64,000 bases of DNA from sequence record PQ724393.1. One strand, given 5' to 3'. This DNA is from a phage. The position numbers and the translations under genes are program-made. The notes beneath the pieces were generated by a model, which did no database searches, had not been told where the DNA came from, and saw only the letters and a list, made by a program, of their open reading frames with translations. Below are positions 19,519 to 28,347 of this stretch, piece after piece (position 1 is the first letter of the stretch; every line of letters begins with the position of its first letter).

Positions 19519-19701
19519 TTAAAGTACTAACAACGTACGGTACACTTCAAATTTAGGACCCTTTTCATAGCGGTCGAAATTATCTTTAAAATCGGCGAAC
19601 GCGATTTCATTTTCAAATTCAAGGACAATTTGGGACACTGTGGTGGAGACATCGCCACCTTCTTTATATCCAATAACCACGGTTTCTAAATAAGCTTTCA
19701 T
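19519..19701 (-). CDS. hypothetical 60-aa protein between gene 30 and alt
   Basis: ATG one nt after the gene 30 stop (TAATATG); table ORF trimmed. Confidence 0.4.
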   Translation of the reverse strand: MKAYLETVVIGYKEGGDVSTTVSQIVLEFENEIAFADFKDNFDRYEKGPKFEVYRTLLVL

Positions 19702-19702
19702 A

Positions 19703-21208
19703 TTATAGTCCAGTTTGAGACCAATCGCCAAATACATCTTCAAATGTATCAGCTTCTGTTTTATCGAAACGCCAACCTTTAATAATTGGAAGGAAAATAC
19801 CTACAGTATCAGTACGTCCTTTAGAATGAACCCAACCATTACATTCGCAGTCAGCAATACGACCAATCAATTTACCTTCACGGGCTTGTTTCATAAGAAG
19901 TTCACGGTCTAAATCAGGACGGTCTTCTAATGGAATCAATACCTTTTTACCTGATTTATCTTTCTTATGGGTGGTATCTTTAAAGCCTGAGCCACAGTCA
20001 CTTGTAATTCGACGACAACGTGATACCAATTCGACACCGCCAAGTTTGTTAGGGTCCTTCGAGTGTTCATAATAACCCACTACTTCTAAAGCGATATCGA
20101 TTACTTCTTTGAACTTGATAAGATTCTTAGAACGGCGGTTTTCCCAGTAGGAGTCCATGTTCTTAAGGATAATGCCTTCCAGGCCCTGGTCGACATATTT
20201 CTTATAAACGACTTTAGCTTCGTCAAGATTATTAACCCATTGCGTTTCTATAGGCTCGACACGTGTAAAACCTTCAGCCATTTGTACTAATGCCGCTAAA
20301 CGAACATCGTATTTTTGACCTTTAATTTTGCCTTCAGAATAAACTTCATCCAGTGGAACAAAGTCCCATGCCTGTAATACCATACCATCAGCTTCAGCTG
20401 GAGTAATAGTTCCTTGAAGAGCTTTATTAGCCAAACCATTTGAAGTAGAACGGTCGGCGACTGTCCGGAATTCCTTGGTTTTACTTAATTCCGGAAGTTC
20501 TTCATCAAACATACTAAACAAATCATTAGATGCTTTCGGTTCAACCTTAGGCGTGTGGTAAACTAATTCGCCATCAATCATAACACCATTAGGATGGCGC
20601 TGACGAGCTTCTTCAGTCATTTTAATAAGTTCGGCTGCAAGCTTAGTAAGCCCTTGATATTCATTACCACCGCGAGTAAGGAATGTTACCCCATCGTTAC
20701 GAACTTCAGCAAAACAACGGGCACCGTCAGCTTTTAATTGAGCGAACGCTGGCCATTTAATATTTTTCTTAATTAGAGCTTCGTCATAAGAACTAGCCAA
20801 CATCTGTGGTTGTTCAGGGATTAAACCTTTCCAAACCTTGTTAGCAATAGAAATCGATGCACCACATTCAAGGTCGCGCATCATTACACGACGTAGTACC
20901 TCAGCGTCTGGACCCTTGGCATCGGCGATAATTTGGGCAAGTTCTTCAATAGCAGCATTACCTGTAATCTTACGGGTTGCTAGTGTGAACTCAGCGAAAT
21001 CAAGAAGGTCTTCAAGTGTAATCATACCAAAGGATTGAGACGTAAATCCAGGTTCTGGCCACTTTTTGATGCCGTAGTTCAAACGACGGGTATAAGCCAT
21101 ACGATATACACGTTTCAGAAGCTCATTATCCTTTTCACGGGCAATAATAGCTTCTTTAGCTTTAGTAGAATCAATAGAAGCAATTTCGTTTAAAATATCT
21201 AAAATCAT
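19703..21208 (-). CDS. 30: ATP-dependent DNA ligase gp30
   Basis: 501 aa; adenylation motif KADGAR; size and position as T4 DNA ligase. Confidence 0.9.
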   Translation of the reverse strand: MILDILNEIASIDSTKAKEAIIAREKDNELLKRVYRMAYTRRLNYGIKKWPEPGFTSQSFGMITLEDLLDFAEFTLATRKITGNAAIEELAQIIADAKGPDAEVLRRVMMRDLECGASISIANKVWKGLIPEQPQMLASSYDEALIKKNIKWPAFAQLKADGARCFAEVRNDGVTFLTRGGNEYQGLTKLAAELIKMTEEARQRHPNGVMIDGELVYHTPKVEPKASNDLFSMFDEELPELSKTKEFRTVADRSTSNGLANKALQGTITPAEADGMVLQAWDFVPLDEVYSEGKIKGQKYDVRLAALVQMAEGFTRVEPIETQWVNNLDEAKVVYKKYVDQGLEGIILKNMDSYWENRRSKNLIKFKEVIDIALEVVGYYEHSKDPNKLGGVELVSRCRRITSDCGSGFKDTTHKKDKSGKKVLIPLEDRPDLDRELLMKQAREGKLIGRIADCECNGWVHSKGRTDTVGIFLPIIKGWRFDKTEADTFEDVFGDWSQTGL

Positions 21209-21468
21209 TTTACCGTCCTTACAGTTTGTGTACTTCTATTATAAGCTACTTCATCTAAAAGCTCATTTAAAGTTTTGTGATACGATATAATACGCTTATC
21301 TTTAATATCGTATTCAGTAACATACATAAATCCACGCCGAACACATTGGGTAAAGATATCTTCATCTTTGGCTTGGAAATATACAGGATTCAATCGAAGG
21401 AAATGTCTAACGTTTCCATAATCGTGGGATTTAGGCGTTCCATCAGTAATAGTATGAACTACAAACAT
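21205..21468 (-). CDS. hypothetical protein (30.1 position)
   Basis: start moved to ATG one nt after the 30.2 stop; 87 aa. Confidence 0.45.
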   Translation of the reverse strand: MFVVHTITDGTPKSHDYGNVRHFLRLNPVYFQAKDEDIFTQCVRRGFMYVTEYDIKDKRIISYHKTLNELLDEVAYNRSTQTVRTVK

Positions 21469-21469
21469 A

Positions 21470-22108
21470 TTAACCTCGGGCAATCCATTCAACTGCTGCA
21501 TTATTACGAAGGGATTCGATAGCTGCAATATCGTCCCATGAATTAACCTTTACGGCTAAATTAGGTTTAAAGTCGCGTTCACCACGGGCTAACCAATAAA
21601 CTTGGATATCCATGAGAATATTAGATGCGGCATCACAGTGGTGAGCCAAATCATCGACATAAAACTTAATACGTTTGCCGTATGTATTTTTAGCTCTTAT
21701 GAACAGGTCTTCTTTTGATTCTGAATGTCCACACATCAGAATCTCCTTGAATGCGCCAGGGAACAAAGCATTCAAATTGAATTGTCTATTCAGCAGGGCG
21801 TCAATTGAGTCGCCTAGCGCAGTCACGGCTACAAAATCGAAGTCTTTTTTGAGCTTGTTGATGTGTTTTAATGCGTCCATGTAAGGAGACAGATAACGAA
21901 TAAAATCCGACTGATTATATTTCTCAATTAAACGTGCGCCTAATTCGTCGTCACAATTAAACAGTTCGCCTGGAGATAAGAAACGTTCGTCCTGAATCAT
22001 ATTCAAAATATGTTCTAAAGGCAAATTATATTTCTGTGCGAAATAAGGCAAGCCGGACTGCCAACTTAAACACACTCCATCGATATCTGTTAAGATAACT
22101 GGTTTCAT
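21470..22108 (-). CDS. HAD-superfamily hydrolase-like protein (30.2 position)
   Basis: N-terminal DxDGV motif (ILTDIDGV), downstream K...DD; 212 aa. Confidence 0.55.
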   Translation of the reverse strand: MKPVILTDIDGVCLSWQSGLPYFAQKYNLPLEHILNMIQDERFLSPGELFNCDDELGARLIEKYNQSDFIRYLSPYMDALKHINKLKKDFDFVAVTALGDSIDALLNRQFNLNALFPGAFKEILMCGHSESKEDLFIRAKNTYGKRIKFYVDDLAHHCDAASNILMDIQVYWLARGERDFKPNLAVKVNSWDDIAAIESLRNNAAVEWIARG

Positions 22109-22572
22109 AATAAATCTCTCAATTTGTTTAGGATGTCGATAAACTCTTTTTCAGTTAGTATTGTATCACATTCTGTAAGGTGGCTTGCCATTGAATGCTT
22201 TAAAACCTTACCTTTAGTGGCTTGTAACGCATCGCGAAATCCTTTGTTTTGGAGCGCTGCTTCAAAATATGCATTTGTATACAACTCTTTCCATGCTGCA
22301 GAGTATCTTGAAAAGGGAATTCCAAGCCAGAAAAGCGTCCCACGGTCCGCAGCTCTTGCATAAGCTCTTCCACTTTGCTGGGCGGCCAATCCGGACATCC
22401 CAAATATACGTTTTTGTTGTTCAACATTTTTCACCTTACACCCTTGGAGGAATCCTTCGAGTCCACCAAATTGGATACCATCCATAACGAAAGGCCATTT
22501 AGCAAAGTTACTTAATGCGCATGATGGCCACGGAAAGTTACTTCTAATTTCTAACTCAGACATCTTTGACAC
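22105..22572 (-). CDS. NADAR / YbiA-like (DUF1768) protein (30.3 position)
   Basis: LSNFAKWPFVMDG...E..LQGCK aligns with the YbiA core FSNFAAWPIKVDG...EHYFQAQK. Confidence 0.65.
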   Translation of the reverse strand: MSKMSELEIRSNFPWPSCALSNFAKWPFVMDGIQFGGLEGFLQGCKVKNVEQQKRIFGMSGLAAQQSGRAYARAADRGTLFWLGIPFSRYSAAWKELYTNAYFEAALQNKGFRDALQATKGKVLKHSMASHLTECDTILTEKEFIDILNKLRDLL

Positions 22573-22774
22573 TTATAATTTCGACATCAGCCCAATGCCC
22601 GTAACCAGGCAGACGGTCTTCAATAGATAAATTTCCGTCATTTTTAGGCATTTTAATTGACGTAACGTACGGTTCTAAACGGTTTTCTGCATAATATGGA
22701 AAAACGTCTGTTACACGATAAGTAACTTCGATCATTTCCGTACCAAACAATTTCTGGATTAATTTATTCAACAT
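22556..22774 (-). CDS. hypothetical protein
   Basis: 72-aa ORF in the early-gene cluster. Confidence 0.4.
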   Translation of the reverse strand: MLNKLIQKLFGTEMIEVTYRVTDVFPYYAENRLEPYVTSIKMPKNDGNLSIEDRLPGYGHWADVEIISVKDV

Positions 22775-22775
22775 A

Positions 22776-22970
22776 TTATCCTCGCTTTAAACATTTGATT
22801 ACAGACAGTTCACCGCCCATGCGAACGTCTTCAGTTCCATCGACCCATAGGACGGTGTAGGCTTCTTTAATTTGGGTATTACCCAATTTAAAAGCAGGTA
22901 GAACCTTGGAAATCATTCCAGGAATACCTATACCTTTTAACTGGACTGTTTGTGATAAGAATAGTTGCAT
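22776..22970 (-). CDS. hypothetical protein
   Basis: 64-aa ORF, tightly packed. Confidence 0.35.
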   Translation of the reverse strand: MQLFLSQTVQLKGIGIPGMISKVLPAFKLGNTQIKEAYTVLWVDGTEDVRMGGELSVIKCLKRG

Positions 22971-23257
22971 TAGAACCTCATCTGAAAGCCGTGCGATTTA
23001 ACATTACCACCATAGATGTCAGAGGTATTGACTTCACGGGCGACACTTGGGTCGATATTGATGTCACGGTTGAGCTTAGTGATTGCCAGGGTATCACGAC
23101 CATTAACAGTACGGAATTCTACTGGACATACAACATCGGCATAGGCCTTAATAGATTCACGAGTAGGTTGTTTGTCGGCAGGAACGTCTTTACCTGCTTT
23201 AGAGAAAACAACTTCACAGAAATTTTTACGAGTATCAAAATAAGTGGTCATAAACAT
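22970..23257 (-). CDS. hypothetical protein
   Basis: start moved to ATG with GAGGAAA RBS; 95 aa. Confidence 0.45.
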   Translation of the reverse strand: MFMTTYFDTRKNFCEVVFSKAGKDVPADKQPTRESIKAYADVVCPVEFRTVNGRDTLAITKLNRDINIDPSVAREVNTSDIYGGNVKSHGFQMRF

Positions 23258-23272
23258 AATATTTTCCTCAAA

Positions 23273-23288
23273 GGAGGCCGAAGCCTCC
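23273..23288 (-). other. UUCG-tetraloop stem-loop between genes
   Basis: ggaggccgaagcctcc; identical copy at 61533-61548; sits directly upstream of an RBS. Confidence 0.5.
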
Positions 23289-23298
23289 ATTTTTAAGA

Positions 23299-23664
23299 TT
23301 AGATATCGAATTCATTCAGAACTACATCAAAGATTGCTTCCAGGTGTTCAGGTTTAGCTCGGTTGCTCAGGATGTGACGAATCCAGGTTTTAACCAGAAG
23401 CTTACGATTAGAACCGTTCCAGCAAGGATGGGTACCTAAATCACGTTGACGGAAATCGTCATCTAAAGCGATTTTAAAAGTAGAACCTTCCATAGTGATT
23501 GAAACCGTAATACCATTTTCAAAGCGCATGTAAACGTAGTTAGGAGTCATGCACTGTTCGATTTCACACACTGTACCGTTTTCGTGTTTCCACAGGCAAA
23601 TAACTTCGGAAGAACCAGCGATACCGTTAGAAACATATTTACGTTCGAAGTTGATGTAGTTCAT
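23299..23664 (-). CDS. hypothetical protein
   Basis: start moved to ATG 23664 (MNYINFERK) with GGAGAA RBS; 121 aa. Confidence 0.45.
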   Translation of the reverse strand: MNYINFERKYVSNGIAGSSEVICLWKHENGTVCEIEQCMTPNYVYMRFENGITVSITMEGSTFKIALDDDFRQRDLGTHPCWNGSNRKLLVKTWIRHILSNRAKPEHLEAIFDVVLNEFDI

Positions 23665-23705
23665 TTTTATTCTCCAGTTTGTTTTCGTATTATTTGGTAC
23701 AGGTC

Positions 23706-23735
23706 TATAATAACACAACCTGTACCAAAGTAAAA
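23706..23735 (-). promoter_or_regulatory. early promoter cassette (variant -35)
   Basis: part of a ~50-bp promoter-leader unit nearly identical to 24068-24120. Confidence 0.4.
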
Positions 23736-23738
23736 CAT

Positions 23739-24072
23739 TTATTTCACAACATTCCAATTTTTCATATCAAGTTTACCAACTTTTTTCATCTGGGCAATCA
23801 GACGTTCAGCGCGTGTACGGGCATTAACGTAATAGAATTCACCAATTTTGTTTTCTTCAATACGACCAGTAATTACAGTTTTCAGTTCATAAATCCAACC
23901 TGTAAAGAAGTTGTGAAGCTCGATGGTAAATGTGAAATCAGTAACCCATACCTTCAGTTGTTTCAACTTCGATGATATCACCTTCAACTGCAGTCAGGAC
24001 CCACATGGTTTCTTGATATTCACCGTTGAAACATTTAGCTTTAACAGATGCATTCAGATTTACAGTTTTCAT
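23739..24072 (-). pseudogene. frameshift-interrupted early ORF (44-aa N-terminal frame plus ~70-aa C-terminal frame)
   Basis: ATG 24072 with RBS reads 44 codons to TGA at 23938-23940; the long downstream ORF to 23739 is in the +1 frame; both frames open between 23938 and 23996. Confidence 0.4.
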
Positions 24073-24112
24073 TTTATTCTCCAGTTTGTTTTCGTATTAT
24101 TTGGTACATGTC

Positions 24113-24143
24113 TATAGTATCATGCCTACCGGAGATGTACACC
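24113..24143 (-). promoter_or_regulatory. early promoter cassette (variant -35)
   Basis: same conserved cassette geometry as the other early promoters. Confidence 0.4.
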
Positions 24144-24151
24144 TTTTTTTA

Positions 24152-24187
24152 AGATTTAGAAACAAAAATGGGACTCCGAAGAGTCCC
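24152..24187 (-). terminator. intrinsic terminator
   Basis: hairpin gggactccgaagagtccc (UUCG loop on - strand) followed by AUUUUUGUU. Confidence 0.55.
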
Positions 24188-24192
24188 ATAAC

Positions 24193-24354
24193 TTATGCCT
24201 GAGGCTTACCAAAGCAAGCAGCATCTGCACGCAATACTGCACGAGCACGAGCTTGAAGCTTATCAACTACCTGATTGATACGCTTGTTGGACGCACGCTT
24301 GTAACCAGCGCGTTTAGAGGTACCGTCAACTACTTTAACTTCTTTCTTAGCCAT
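24193..24354 (-). CDS. 53-aa basic protein
   Basis: ATG 24354; MAKKEVKVVDGTSKRAGYKRASNKR...; followed by the terminator; below ORF-table cutoff. Confidence 0.35.
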   Translation of the reverse strand: MAKKEVKVVDGTSKRAGYKRASNKRINQVVDKLQARARAVLRADAACFGKPQA

Positions 24355-24562
24355 TTTTAAATCTCTTAAATTAGGATGCAGGACTTATTGGCGTTGCCTG
24401 CGCAAGCCCTCAAGGGGAACATAGGTTTCGGATATTTAACGACAGGATAACCATAAACCTCGTCATCATACCGACCACGGCTTAGACAGATAACCTTTTT
24501 CTGACGCGTGATAGTACAAAATACATTCAAGAGGTACACCGTAAAACTGTTGGGGTCTTAAA

Positions 24563-24592
24563 ACTATAATGATTCGCAAATCATTAATCAAA
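24563..24592 (-). promoter_or_regulatory. sigma70-like promoter (TTGATT-N17-TATAGT) downstream of rIII
   Basis: - strand reads TTGATTAATGATTTGCGAATCATTATAGT. Confidence 0.3.
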
Positions 24593-24617
24593 CAGTTCGA
24601 CGGCTCCTCGATTTAAT

Positions 24618-24866
24618 TTACTTCAGGGTAATAATAAAATGACGTACTGCTTTACGAGCTGCAGAAGCCAGAGGCTTAGCAAATTTCAGTTCATCTTTAG
24701 CTTCCAGTTCAGCAGCCAGAGTAGCCTGAGCTGGGTTCAGATGTTTGAAATAACGCAGGATTTCCAGTGCTTCGGCTTCAACATCAATAGATGCGCCGTA
24801 GTTTTCGTGACCGTTGTTCCAAGCGTTGCGTTGCAGTTCAAGAGCGTGATTCAGATGTTTGTTCAT
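24618..24866 (-). CDS. rIII: rIII lysis-inhibition accessory protein
   Basis: 82 aa; MNKHLNH.LELQRNAWNNGHENYGASIDVEAEALEILRYFKHLNPAQ matches T4 rIII as recalled. Confidence 0.85.
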   Translation of the reverse strand: MNKHLNHALELQRNAWNNGHENYGASIDVEAEALEILRYFKHLNPAQATLAAELEAKDELKFAKPLASAARKAVRHFIITLK

Positions 24867-25012
24867 TTTAAATTCTCAATTCGAGATAAAGATTGGCGGA
24901 CACGTTCTTCTGAATTTCACTTCCTTTCGGCAAGTCTCTCAGTTGTAGTCCACCGCTTAGGATTCTCCGGTTAACTAACTAGTCCGGCAGCCAATCCATA
25001 TTATTATTTATA

Positions 25013-25336
25013 TCACTTATAAAGACACGGAATAGCTTTATAGTGACAGGTAACGAATTTTTGTTTAATTTCTTTAGGTTGTTTAATACCTAATGCAACC
25101 AACGGATGAGGCACGTTAGCAATCTTACCAACAGGAAGTGGAGTCAAATCACCTACTTCACAAAAATCTTCAGGGACATCAGGTCCTACAGAATAAATTT
25201 CACAAAGTTCAGGGATTTCACCTTGATGAAGTTTGCCAATAACGATACCAGATGCAGTAGTTTCTTCATCGCCAGCTTGTTTTGGTTCGGAAACGAGAAT
25301 AACATATTCTCCGACCGCTTTAATAGGAAGTTCCAT
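25013..25336 (-). CDS. 31: gp31 co-chaperonin (GroES analogue)
   Basis: 107 aa; [18 protein letters not shown]...PELC...[20 protein letters not shown]...[23 protein letters not shown] matches T4 gp31. Confidence 0.9.
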   Translation of the reverse strand: MELPIKAVGEYVILVSEPKQAGDEETTASGIVIGKLHQGEIPELCEIYSVGPDVPEDFCEVGDLTPLPVGKIANVPHPLVALGIKQPKEIKQKFVTCHYKAIPCLYK

Positions 25337-25394
25337 ATTTAATCCATATTGTTTTGTTGATAGATTAATAATAACACGCTATTCTTAAAGCATA

Positions 25395-25694
25395 TTACAG
25401 GACAAGCAGAGTTTCGGTCTGAAGGCCGTTAATAGAAATCAGCTTATCGAAACGGAATGAGCGCCAATCATTAACCTTGGTATCAAATACTCTGATGTAA
25501 TTAACAGGTTCTTTATTGGCTTCAGGCCCAGGGGCCTGGACTTCTTTATATGGAAGCAGGTCTAAGTCACGTGTACAAGTCATACGACGGGCACTACCAT
25601 CAGCCTTTTCAAACAGAACTTCGTGAAAGCCTACAGACAAAATAGTCTTGACTTTTTCACGGAGACGAATTGTTTCTTGTTCGGTTAAAATCAT
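25395..25694 (-). CDS. hypothetical protein (31.1 position)
   Basis: 99-aa ORF. Confidence 0.45.
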   Translation of the reverse strand: MILTEQETIRLREKVKTILSVGFHEVLFEKADGSARRMTCTRDLDLLPYKEVQAPGPEANKEPVNYIRVFDTKVNDWRSFRFDKLISINGLQTETLLVL

Positions 25695-25696
25695 AA

Positions 25697-25930
25697 TTAT
25701 TCCAGAATAGTTTTAATAGTGGTTGCATTACGCTCTTTTAGAGCTCTTAATAGGCTATGGCAATTTTCAAGAATAGGTACTGTTTTGTAATTCATGTTGG
25801 CATAAACCCAATCAGATTTATAGTACGATTTCCAACGAGAGAAAAAGTACTTTTTGTATTCTACTGAATAGGCTACTAAGCTTTCACCTTTTGAATTCAG
25901 ACCTGAAAACTTAACTAGACGAAATTTCAT
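25697..25930 (-). CDS. hypothetical protein (31.2 position)
   Basis: 77-aa ORF. Confidence 0.4.
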   Translation of the reverse strand: MKFRLVKFSGLNSKGESLVAYSVEYKKYFFSRWKSYYKSDWVYANMNYKTVPILENCHSLLRALKERNATTIKTILE

Positions 25931-26475
25931 TATTCACCACAATAGTTTTGAATTGATTCCCAGTTCAGAGAACGGAGGCCAGTACGGTTATACTGGATAA
26001 CCTCAATGCCTGATTCACGGAGGATATCGTCCCACCCTTCAGGATTTCGGTCATAGAGTTCAGCATAAACCAGTGTTTTAATTCCGGACTGCGCAATAGA
26101 CTTAGCACAATCTGCACATGGGGACAGTGTCACATACATCGTAGCACCGTCAATAGAACTTCCTGTACGAGCTGCGAACAGGATAGCATTCAGTTCGGCA
26201 TGGATTTCATTTTTAGATGACCATGCAGCGTGAGCCATACGGTGTTCTTTAAGAAGAACAGATTTGTGCGACATCCGAGTTGGGTCATACACCACACGGG
26301 TCCAGTCCTGTTCCACAGCGTGGTCACAACAGTTAACACCACCGGACGGTGAACCATTATAGCCTGTAGAGATAATGCGACCATTCTTTTCAATAACCGC
26401 GCCCACTTTCCATGAACAACATTTTGATTCTTGAGAAATCAGATATGCAATCTGAAGGTATGTGCTTGCTTTCAT
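25930..26475 (-). CDS. cd: dCMP deaminase
   Basis: 181 aa; zinc-binding cytidine/dCMP deaminase motifs HAE...PCADC. Confidence 0.85.
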   Translation of the reverse strand: MKASTYLQIAYLISQESKCCSWKVGAVIEKNGRIISTGYNGSPSGGVNCCDHAVEQDWTRVVYDPTRMSHKSVLLKEHRMAHAAWSSKNEIHAELNAILFAARTGSSIDGATMYVTLSPCADCAKSIAQSGIKTLVYAELYDRNPEGWDDILRESGIEVIQYNRTGLRSLNWESIQNYCGE

Positions 26476-26813
26476 TACATCACCATGATATAGGCAGATT
26501 TAGCAGTTTCAACACGATATAATTCATGTCGCAATTTCGTGATTGATTTTACACGTGAGGTTAATATACCATAACCATCTTTAAAGCGTTTTTTCTTATC
26601 AAAAAACACTACACCCGCTAATGAACTACCAATTTCAACTGGTAACATAGTCAGCAGCACACCATCATAATCAGCTGGGTTAATGCTTTTGAACAGGGTA
26701 TCATTCATCAACAAAGATCGGATAAATTGTATAGCGCCATCAGAGAGACCGCGATGGTCTCCATCCTTATCTTCTTGTAATGCGGTGGTAATAGCTTCTA
26801 CTAAACTAATCAT
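26475..26813 (-). CDS. hypothetical protein (cd.1 position)
   Basis: 112-aa ORF. Confidence 0.45.
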   Translation of the reverse strand: MISLVEAITTALQEDKDGDHRGLSDGAIQFIRSLLMNDTLFKSINPADYDGVLLTMLPVEIGSSLAGVVFFDKKKRFKDGYGILTSRVKSITKLRHELYRVETAKSAYIMVM

Positions 26814-27040
26814 TGATATACCCGCTGTGCTTCAACCAAACCATCTGAATCTAGTTTTAACTGGGTAATCTGGTCGCCATCTTTAGGATTAACGATAACC
26901 AATACCGCACGTGGTGATTCCTGAATTACTCGCAGAGTTGCATCAGGAAAACGTACAGAAACCTTATTAATCAGGGCCTGAGCAAATTCTTTAACTTTAA
27001 CTTGGAACTGCTCTACAGTAATAGGTTGTTCGCTCAGCAT
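26810..27040 (-). CDS. hypothetical protein (cd.2 position)
   Basis: 76-aa ORF. Confidence 0.4.
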   Translation of the reverse strand: MLSEQPITVEQFQVKVKEFAQALINKVSVRFPDATLRVIQESPRAVLVIVNPKDGDQITQLKLDSDGLVEAQRVYQ

Positions 27041-27594
27041 TAGATGGTCTCCAACTTAAGTTGTTTGGTAGTGGTAGCTTGGGTAACGTCGCCTTTAACA
27101 ATATAACACACTTGTTGGAACGACTTAGTCAAAAGCTCTTCAGCCTGACGATCGGCTTGTTCCTTTGTGTTATGGCGAGAATGAACTTCAATCTTACCAT
27201 TTTTAACAATAAGCACTTTCCAATCGGCCGTAGCTTTTACTGGCTTAGGTTCCGGCTTTACAGCAATACTCGTAGTAGCCAGTGGACGTACTACTTCGAT
27301 AAAGTATTCGAATTCATGGGCAAAGGCGCCTACTGAATTAAAAAGAACACTAGTTGCATCATCGGGATTACCTGTGATTTTGCTCAGGTCAACAAACATC
27401 AACTCATCGTATACACGAATTCGGCTTACACGTGGCTTCCCGTTATGGTAATCAATTTCAACTTCAAACGGGTTCATACCTACATACTTGGCAAAAGCTG
27501 TATTGAGGCCATAAGCACCGTTATTAGTGAATTTGTTTTTAGTGTATTCACCAACGAACTTATAAAACTTACGCTCTTCAAAGAACTGGCTCAT
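27040..27594 (-). CDS. hypothetical protein (cd.3 position)
   Basis: start moved to ATG with GAGGAAA RBS (MSQFFEERK); 184 aa. Confidence 0.45.
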   Translation of the reverse strand: MSQFFEERKFYKFVGEYTKNKFTNNGAYGLNTAFAKYVGMNPFEVEIDYHNGKPRVSRIRVYDELMFVDLSKITGNPDDATSVLFNSVGAFAHEFEYFIEVVRPLATTSIAVKPEPKPVKATADWKVLIVKNGKIEVHSRHNTKEQADRQAEELLTKSFQQVCYIVKGDVTQATTTKQLKLETI

Positions 27595-27656
27595 TTCGAT
27601 TTCCTCATTTGTTTCGGTAGGACTACTATACCACAGTCCTACCATAGTGTAAACAC

Positions 27657-27935
27657 TTAAATTGCTTCGACAACTACCGTTTGTTTCTGGAAGTCCATTT
27701 TGCATGAAATAGCCAAAATGTGATTATCAATTTTAAATGGAACAATTGCAAATGCTGCACCAGGCGTGAGTTGAACAGTGATTGCATCAACCGCATCCGG
27801 GAACATGATTTCCAGAATAGCAGACAAACGACCGTGCACTTTTAGTTCAGTCGACGTGTCGACGGTTTCGTATAGATAATCAGATACAATCTGACTAAAA
27901 ACTACTTTAACAATTTCAGAATAAGTAGGGAACAT
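27657..27935 (-). CDS. hypothetical protein (cd.4 position)
   Basis: 92-aa ORF. Confidence 0.4.
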   Translation of the reverse strand: MFPTYSEIVKVVFSQIVSDYLYETVDTSTELKVHGRLSAILEIMFPDAVDAITVQLTPGAAFAIVPFKIDNHILAISCKMDFQKQTVVVEAI

Positions 27936-27942
27936 AATTACC

Positions 27943-28158
27943 TCAGTGTACTGTATGGACCTTCACGTTAACAATAAACCGGTTAATGACTTCAGTCAGA
28001 GGAACAAACTCAACATAGTACTCGCCTTTGTAACGTTCATTGAGGTCGTTACGAAGGGCTGCTAGTGAGTTAATGAGGGTAGGAGACATATTATGACCTA
28101 CCAGTTTCTGAAGCTCTTTATAAGCTTCTTCTTCAACTTCGTGGTGTTTGTTATACAT
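27943..28158 (-). CDS. hypothetical protein (cd.5 position)
   Basis: start moved to internal ATG; 8-nt overlap with the upstream ORF. Confidence 0.35.
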   Translation of the reverse strand: MYNKHHEVEEEAYKELQKLVGHNMSPTLINSLAALRNDLNERYKGEYYVEFVPLTEVINRFIVNVKVHTVH

Positions 28159-28347
28159 AATGTTCTTCCAAGAAGGCAAGGAGTTCTGGCGCTGATTTAA
28201 AAATACCACCATCGACCTTGTCTTCATCTTTATAGTCCATAACATCCAGGCCAATACGTCCATCAGTTAAAGGCCATACGCCGAAGAAAAAGCATTTACG
28301 TTTTTCAATTTCTTCGATTGTACGAAAAATCTTTTCGATATTATTCA

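Noticed and set aside
24361-24617. Possible tRNA or structured RNA gene in the ORF-free region
   Set aside because: No cloverleaf, anticodon stem or conserved T-loop (GTTCRA) could be recognised by eye; kept only as a regulatory-leader hypothesis.
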